Shown here piece after piece: positions 49,926 through 64,000 of a stretch of DNA of 64,000 bases. A program made the position numbers and the translations under genes. The notes under the pieces are model-generated. The model did no database searches and had not been told where the DNA came from. It saw only the letters and a program-made list of their open reading frames with translations. Source of the DNA: the human T2T-CHM13v2.0 reference genome, Homo sapiens; NCBI RefSeq assembly GCF_009914755.1, contig NC_060926.1; one strand, written 5' to 3'. Numbering within the stretch: position 1 is the first letter of the stretch; every line of letters begins with the position of its first letter.

Positions 49926-50948
49926 TAGCCGTGGTCAACTGGAGGTGGGTAGCTGTGGTCTTCTTTGGGCAGGGGACATGCCATCAGGTCATCACAAACC
50001 CCACTCCTCTCCCTCACTGAATCATTGCTACCTAGCCCACTGGCTTTATGTTGCTCCTTGGACCACCTGAGTGGAACACTTTCTCAAGCCCTCCTGGTTA
50101 CTGCAAACAACAGCTCTGCAAATTGCTAAAAGGGAGCACCAGTGGATTAAGACCGCAAAGCAGGGTAATGCAGGATCTGCATGAACAGGTTTAAGAACAA
50201 GAACATTCAAAAAGAAGCACATAAAAGTATCAAGAGGTTAACATAGAACTGTCACAAAGGAATGGCATAAGACACAGGCTCTCAACCCTGGTGGCACTTT
50301 TGAATCACTCAGTAGCCTGAAACTTACTACTGCCCAGGACGCATCCATATCAATTACATCAGAATCTCAGGGGTAGAGGCTGAACTGGATACAGTCCTAA
50401 AAGCTCCTTAGCTAATGCTAACCAATGGCAAAATTGAGAATCACTAGCATTGGGTTCTTTCTATTTCAAAGTTCAAAGTGTTGGTAAATTCCCCCAAAGA
50501 AGTAGATTGCCATCTTAGTAGCCAAAAAAAAAAGAAACTCCAATCACAAAAGAGTCTTAAAAATAAGTATTTGAAAGGAGAGGGGGTTAATGCATTTCAG
50601 GTGACTAGGCAGGTTCTAGTTACATGAATCCAAACTAATTCTTAAATAAGGTTAACCCAGTTATATTGGCCATTGAGTGCCCGAGGTCAGAACCTGGGGA
50701 GGGAAGAAGATCTAGATGCCTTCTCTGATTTAATGACTCAATCAATGATGTTATCTCAGATGGCAGAAGCAAGGCCAAAGCTGGGGACAAAGGAACTTCC
50801 CCCTCCTTTCCTTTACCTGCTCTCTCGAGGGATAGGACATATGGTAGAATGCATCTGTTGGATGTGGTCAAGCCCCTTTGGTGTGGAGGTTTTTCCATCA
50901 AAACCTCTCTGACCTGCAGGCCAGAGAGGGAGACGTATGCACCAGAGC

Positions 50949-51120
<172 letters not shown>

Positions 51121-51589
51121 AGAGCTTTTCAACTCCACACACAAGCCTGCCCTGTGGACCCTCTCCAGCAGGCTTCAAGAGCCCAGTGGGAAGCGGCAGG
51201 GGTGATAATGCAGCAGCCCAGAGCTGAAGGGGGCCAGTTCAAGACTAAGAGGGAGACTGAACAAAAACGCTCTCCACCTCCCACACACTTGCACAACGCA
51301 AAGGAGATGCAGCATGGACCCTGAGGGGTCTAAAGATTGGCTGTCATGACTGTGCCAGGCACTGTGCCAGGCACTGTGCCAGGGCCTGACCGACGTTGTC
51401 ACCCATGGTCTTCATGACTTCTGACGGCCCATCATATTGTAATTCAGGCCTCAGATTTCCTGAATCAGAGCAGGGGCTCCTGCCATTGAAGTCCTGCCTC
51501 CCTCTCCACTGTCTTAGTTCTTGTCCAGTGCAAGAAAATAGATCAAGAAGGGTCGCTTGGAAGCTCAAACTCTTTCGAAGAAGCTCAGG

Positions 51590-52810
51590 CTATCGCAGCG
51601 AAACAGACCCTGAGCGGCTGCGCAGCCCTTCTGCTGTGTCCCGCAGGCATCGGAAGACCCGGGGCTGCATCAGCACTCCCGGGGCCCACATCCTGCAGCC
51701 TTCTTTCCGGGCGTTTTCCTGCTGCCTTGGAGTTCTGTGGGGACGCGCATTGGTCACCAAACAAGGGTGCGCGCCTCACTGAGTGAGAATGGCCCCTAAT
51801 CTGGAGCCCCAGCACCGATCCCTGCTCAGCCCCGGAGAGTGGGAGGCTTGTCGGGTCGCTTGACTACAACGTGCGGGCTGCGCTCTAGCTGGCGGTGCGC
51901 CTCCCAGCTGAGCAGCCCAATGAGCAGGGAACCGAGAAAGACCGAAAGCAGAGGGGTTCCTAGTCCCGCTGACCCCCAAGGGCCCTCATTCTCTGCAGCC
52001 GGCCGTGGCTTCCAGCGGGTTCGCTTTCTCCCTGGGAGTCCCGGAGGCGCCCGGCACCAGGAGGGCAACGAAGGGGCAGGAGGCGCTGCCGTCCGGGCGC
52101 CCTCCGAGCACAGCCAGGAAGTCCTCCTTACCTCATGGGTCTGCGGCTCCTCGCCGGGCTGCGGGCGCAGGCAGCTCACCACCGCGGCTAGGCCGGCCCC
52201 GGACATCGCGGCGGCGGGCGCGGCGAGCGGGGATGCGCGGGCGTCGGGGCGGCAGCCGCAACGGACTCTGCCCTCCTCGTGCAGGCCGGAGGCCCCGCCT
52301 GGGCGCGCGGCGCTCGGTCCTTCACGTGACCGCTGCGGGTGGGCCTGCGGGCGGAGGACGGGCGACGGCGGGGCGGGCTCCCAGGCTCCGGCCCCTTCCC
52401 TGGCGGCGCGCTGGGCCCAGCGCAGGGAAGCGGATCCGGCAGGGACGGGGAGTGGGACGCGCGAGGGGCAGCAGGGGTAAGAGCTCGGGCGGGTGGCCGC
52501 GTGGGTTAAAGGTCAAAGGTCACCTCCGCAAATGGCACCAACTGTGTAGCCTGGCAGTGGGACTTTGTCCAGCTTTCTGATCAGTAGAATAGAAGGATGC
52601 CTTCCTCCAAGACCTGTTTGGAGAATTAAACCAGCTAATGTAGGAGCCACGGCTGCCGCTGGGGAGGGCCCAGTAATTATTAGTTCCCTCCCCGTCCTAG
52701 GGGACCCCCCAGGAGAGCGTAGTGTGGGCTCCTAGTGGGGCCTCTCGAGGCAAATACCTCCCGAGAGGGGGCGCGCGCCCTCCCCTCTTCCCATGGGGCG
52801 CCCCCAGTTC
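51590..52810 (-). promoter_or_regulatory. CpG-island promoter of the TPC3 pseudogene (GC box, CLEAR-like E-box, DR1)
   Basis: Dense CpG/GC, densest at 52050-52500; GGGGCGGG at 52370-52377; TCACGTGAC at 52322-52330; AGGTCAAAGGTCA at 52510-52522; all upstream of the exon-1 ATG on the minus strand. Confidence 0.8.
52132..52206 (-). pseudogene. TPCN3: TPC3 pseudogene exon 1 coding part (MSGAGLAAVVSCLRPQPGEEPQTHE)
   Basis: ATG in gccgccgcgATG Kozak context inside a CpG island; 25 open codons; donor GAG|GTAAGG in phase 0, matching the phase-0 start of exon 2. Confidence 0.8.
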
Positions 52811-53181
52811 CAGCCTGACCTGGAACTCAGGGTTGCCAGAGCTGCTGAATTTTCAAGAGAAAGCGGAAATCTGAGTTTTAATGAGACCGCTCCTGATTTT
52901 TTAAAACGTTGATCATGAAGTTAAAACAATAATAATGGTAAGTACTTGCCGGCCAACTGTCAGGTAAGCCCTGGCGGGCAAAGCAGGTGGTCCTGGGCTC
53001 CTGTACCAACCAACTTCACTGACTCCTCCCAGAGGAGGGAGAGGCCTGGAGGGACTGTGACAATCCCTGTCACCTGGCATGAGGTGTGATGTCCCTCTGG
53101 GTGGTTCATCAAGACTTGGTGCTAGGCCAAGCCAGTGGCTCATGCCTGTAATCCCAGCATTCTGGGAGGCCAAGGCGGGAG

Positions 53182-53634
53182 TGACAAGTGAAGCCAGCTG
53201 GACTCCCTGAGTGCAGTGGGGACTTGGGGAACTTTTCTTACAAGAGGATTGTAAAATGCACCAATCAGGAACTTTTCTGTCTTACAAGAAAATTGTAAAA
53301 CGCACCAATCAGTGCTCTGTAAAATGCACCAATCAGCGGTATTCTAAAAGTAGCCAATTGCGGGGAGGATTGAAAAAAGGGCACTCTGATAGGACAGAAA
53401 CGGAACATGGGAGGGGCCAATAAGGGAATAAAAGCTGGCCACCACCCCAGCCGGCAGCGACAACTGCTTGGGTCCCGGTCAGCTTTGCGGAAGCTTTATT
53501 CTTTCTGTTTTCACAATAAACCTTGCTACTGCAGGGTCCCTGCCATCTTTAAGAGCTGTAACACTCACCAGCAAGGTCCATGGCTTCATTCTCGAAGACC
53601 AGGAACCCACCGGAAGGAACCAACTCCAGACACA
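53182..53634 (+). mobile_element. LTR12F-like (HERV9) solo LTR inserted in an AluJ (53125-53868)
   Basis: tgacaagtgaagccagctggac start, repeated caccaatcag boxes, ggaaggaaccaactccagacaca end; 4-bp TSD ggag / agag; Alu sequence resumes directly after. Confidence 0.82.
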
Positions 53635-53924
53635 AGAGGATTGTTCAAGCCCAAGAGTTTGATACCTGCCTAGGCAACATATCCAGACCAGATCTCTTTA
53701 AAAAAAAAAGAGCTGGGCATGGTGGCAAACCTATAGTGGGCTAGTCTAGGCAGAGATGAAGGATGGCTTGAGCTTAGGAGGTTGAGGCTGCAGTGAGTGG
53801 TGATTGCACCACTGTAATCCAGCCTGGGCAACAGCAATACTGCTCTCTAAACATAAAAAATTAAATAAAGACTTAGTGCTAGGTGCTGATTTCTGGCAAG
53901 TTCCAGGTGGGAGACTGGCAGGCA

Positions 53925-54355
53925 GCATTATAGTCCTCTAAGAGAATTCAAACCCTAATTTCTGGGACTATGAATCTGTTACTTTACAAGGCAAAAGAGC
54001 CTTGTGGACAGGTTTCTAATCAGTTGACTTTAAAATAGGGAGGTTATCCTGGATTTATCTGGGTTGGCCTGGTGGAATCACCCTTAACCCCTAAAGAGCA
54101 AGACAGGGGAGAGGAGACATTTGAAGCTTATGAAAGACTCAGCGTGCCTGGATGGGACGCTGTTGCCTCGAGGATGAAGAGAACTGCAAGGAACTAAAGT
54201 TCTGCTGACAATTTGAATGAGCTCGAAAGTGAATTCTTCCCCAGGGCCTTGCAGAAAGGAACACAATTTGCTGACACCTTTATTCCCACCTTGTGAGACA
54301 CCGAGCAGAGAATCCATGTGGCAATGTGTTATGCAGCATAGAAAACTAATACAGG
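53925..54355 (+). mobile_element. MLT1D-like MaLR LTR
   Basis: gggaggttatcctggatttatctgggttggcc...gcagcatagaaaactaataca. Confidence 0.75.
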
Positions 54356-54794
54356 ACACTGACCTGCATTGCAACACCAGAATTGTGTCCTAGCTGGAGG
54401 CTGGCCTGCAATGAGAACTGCATGTGGCCACAGTTTCTCGGCAGGCATGCCAGGCATGGCACTTCACCCCTCTCCTCTGACTGTTACCACTCAGTTCTAA
54501 CATCCCCTGAGAGCCCTTCCTCAACTTCTCCAGGCCAACAGGTGGCTTCCTTTCTGTGCTCACCACACCCTTCGTGAAAACAGCTACTTGGTGCTTCCTT
54601 TGATCTATGTGCACATGTTGCCTGCTTCCCACCAGGCCACAAGCACCTGTGGGAGGAAGGGAACTGGAAACATTTGTCTTTGAATCCCAAGCCCCGGGCA
54701 GACAGCAGGCATATGGTGGCTGAAATGGTAAAGTGAAATTTCTACCAGTGTGTAATCAAAGGTCCTTGTCTACAAGGTATCTTAATTACCTTTT

Positions 54795-62115
<7,321 letters not shown>

Positions 62116-63109
62116 AATTACCTTTTATAACTGTTTATTGCGTGGATTACCAGAAAACTCTCTGGTGCTCTTGAGAAAGGACAAATATTCTAGGTCTATC
62201 CTAAGTGGTGACTTAAGGAATGATTGTTTTATGGCAAGATCTTTTAAAATGGCTTTATTTTTTAAAAAAGATAAATATGTTCATTGTAAAGAGTTGAAAC
62301 TACTAATCAAAGTTAATCACTTGCACACACTTAAACACACTTGTATGCAGCTCTGTGGAGATGGGATTACATCCTACACCACAGACACTGCTGACCTCTG
62401 ACCTACTATCCACACGCTTCCCACCCAAGATCCCAGACTTGGGTCAGGCATTCATCTCATCTCTCTCTTTAGAGGAGGATCCTGCTTAGTCCAGGCCAAT
62501 CCACACAGGGCATTTTCCTGGCAACAGTTACCTATCTAAGGGAAGTACATGACTTTAGTTGGCTCAGCCTGACTAAAAAGAGCCATGAGCTTAGGGGGAG
62601 AGGTTTTCTTCTTCTCTTCCCTCCCCTTTTCCTATGAATGTAATTTTTAAAAAACCACATATTCCTAACAGCTTCTCCAGCCACCTTGGGTGAAGATGAC
62701 ACTGTGGATGGCAGAGGAGGAAGATACAAACAGCCAGGTCTCTGATGGCCTCTTCAAGAGACTACTTTTTGGTACCTGCATTCTTGGAACCATTTGGACC
62801 AACCTTCAGACTTAGAATTATGTGAGCTATATTGTATGACCCAGGAGACAGAATGAGGTGATCTGTACAGCCAATAGGAAAAGATCTACAAAATATCAAA
62901 TGAGGATGGGAAGATAGTACCCTGCAGAGTTTGATTTATGCAGAATTTTAAAGGATGCATATACTTACATTTTCTGATAAATGCATAAAATATTTTCCTG
63001 GAAAGATCCATAAGTAAACTGTAATCAGTGCTTACCTTTGAGAATACAGCAGGAAGTAGAGGCATGAAGGGAAAGGGACTTTTTCTTCTCATTTTGTACT
63101 TGTCTATAA

Positions 63110-63268
<159 letters not shown>

Positions 63269-63559
63269 TAAGGTTTCATTTTTAACTGTATGCCTACATT
63301 ACTTGTATGTGTTTGCAGAAAGTAAAATCAACAGAGATGTGGTGATAGAATCTAATAGCAATTTTGTCATTTTCATGAACAAATATTTTATGCAATGGAA
63401 AATATTAAAACTCTGGGAATAAAGCGTGTTAATGCCTGTTCCTGGTTGCATATCTGCCAGTGGGGAGAATGCATCCTTGCAGGGTGAGGAGTCAGCCTTA
63501 GAAAGCAAGGCCTTTAGGAACCAGTTACCACTAAGCATACCCTATAACAACTCTTTGAG

Positions 63560-63935
63560 GTGCTGGTTTAGTCTGCTCAGGCTGCCATAACCAAGTACTC
63601 CCAGCCAAGTGGCTTAAACAGTAGAAATGTGTTTCCTTACAGTTCTGGAAGCCAAAATTCTGAGATCAGGATGCGGCAGGGTTGGTTTACAGTAAGGGCT
63701 CTCTGCTTGGCTGGTAGCTGGCCATCTCCTCTCTGTGTCTTCACACGGTGCTCCCTCTGTGTGTATCTGTGTCCAAGTTTCCTCTTCTAATAAGGACAGT
63801 CCTATTGGATCAGGGCCTGCTCTAAGGACCTCATTTTACTTGGATTACCTCTTTAAAGACCCTACCATATTCTGTGATACTGGGGGTTAGGACTTCAACA
63901 CATGAATTTTGAGGAGATACAATTCAGCCCATAAG
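63560..63935 (-). mobile_element. MLT1A/B MaLR LTR
   Basis: tagtctgctcaggctgccataac...acaattcagcccataa. Confidence 0.8.
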
Positions 63936-64000
63936 AAGTACTGATTACAACATCCACATTAGAGCTTAGGAAATGCAGGTTCAGAGAGGAGCATCAGACT

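Noticed and set aside
51826-52580. Long ORFs (126-213 aa) over the CpG island
   Set aside because: GC-rich stop-poor artefacts; only the first 25 codons of 51826..52206 are exonic.

Overview
Human (primate) genomic DNA, repeat-rich, with no intact protein-coding gene. The gene order (ZBTB45 retrocopy, GPAA1 retrocopy, TPC3 pseudogene) matches from memory the 2q13 segmental duplications flanking NPHP1, probably the distal ZBTB45P2/GPAA1P2/LINC01106 copy; the copy cannot be resolved from sequence alone. The main element is a minus-strand unprocessed two-pore channel 3 (TPC3/TPCN3) pseudogene. I reconstructed eight coding exons by hand (52206 down to about 25870), covering the N-terminus and S1-S6 of domain I only. 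They carry 2 frameshifts, 2 nonsense codons and 2-3 damaged donors. Its CpG-island promoter looks intact: strong Kozak ATG, canonical exon-1 donor, CLEAR-like E-box, perfect DR1 and an adjacent LTR12. Intron 1 holds a full-length sense L1PA. Also present: a full-length ZBTB45 processed pseudogene with TSDs, a 5'-truncated GPAA1 retrocopy apparently made from an exon-skipped mRNA, a 15x40-bp VNTR, an ERVL remnant, solo LTRs, a full-length L1PB and a strong CTCF site. Tentatively, exon relics of a second, unidentified decayed minus-strand gene lie at 1.5-5.2 kb and 16.8-25.6 kb. All family and subfamily calls are by recognition, not database search, and repeat boundaries are approximate.
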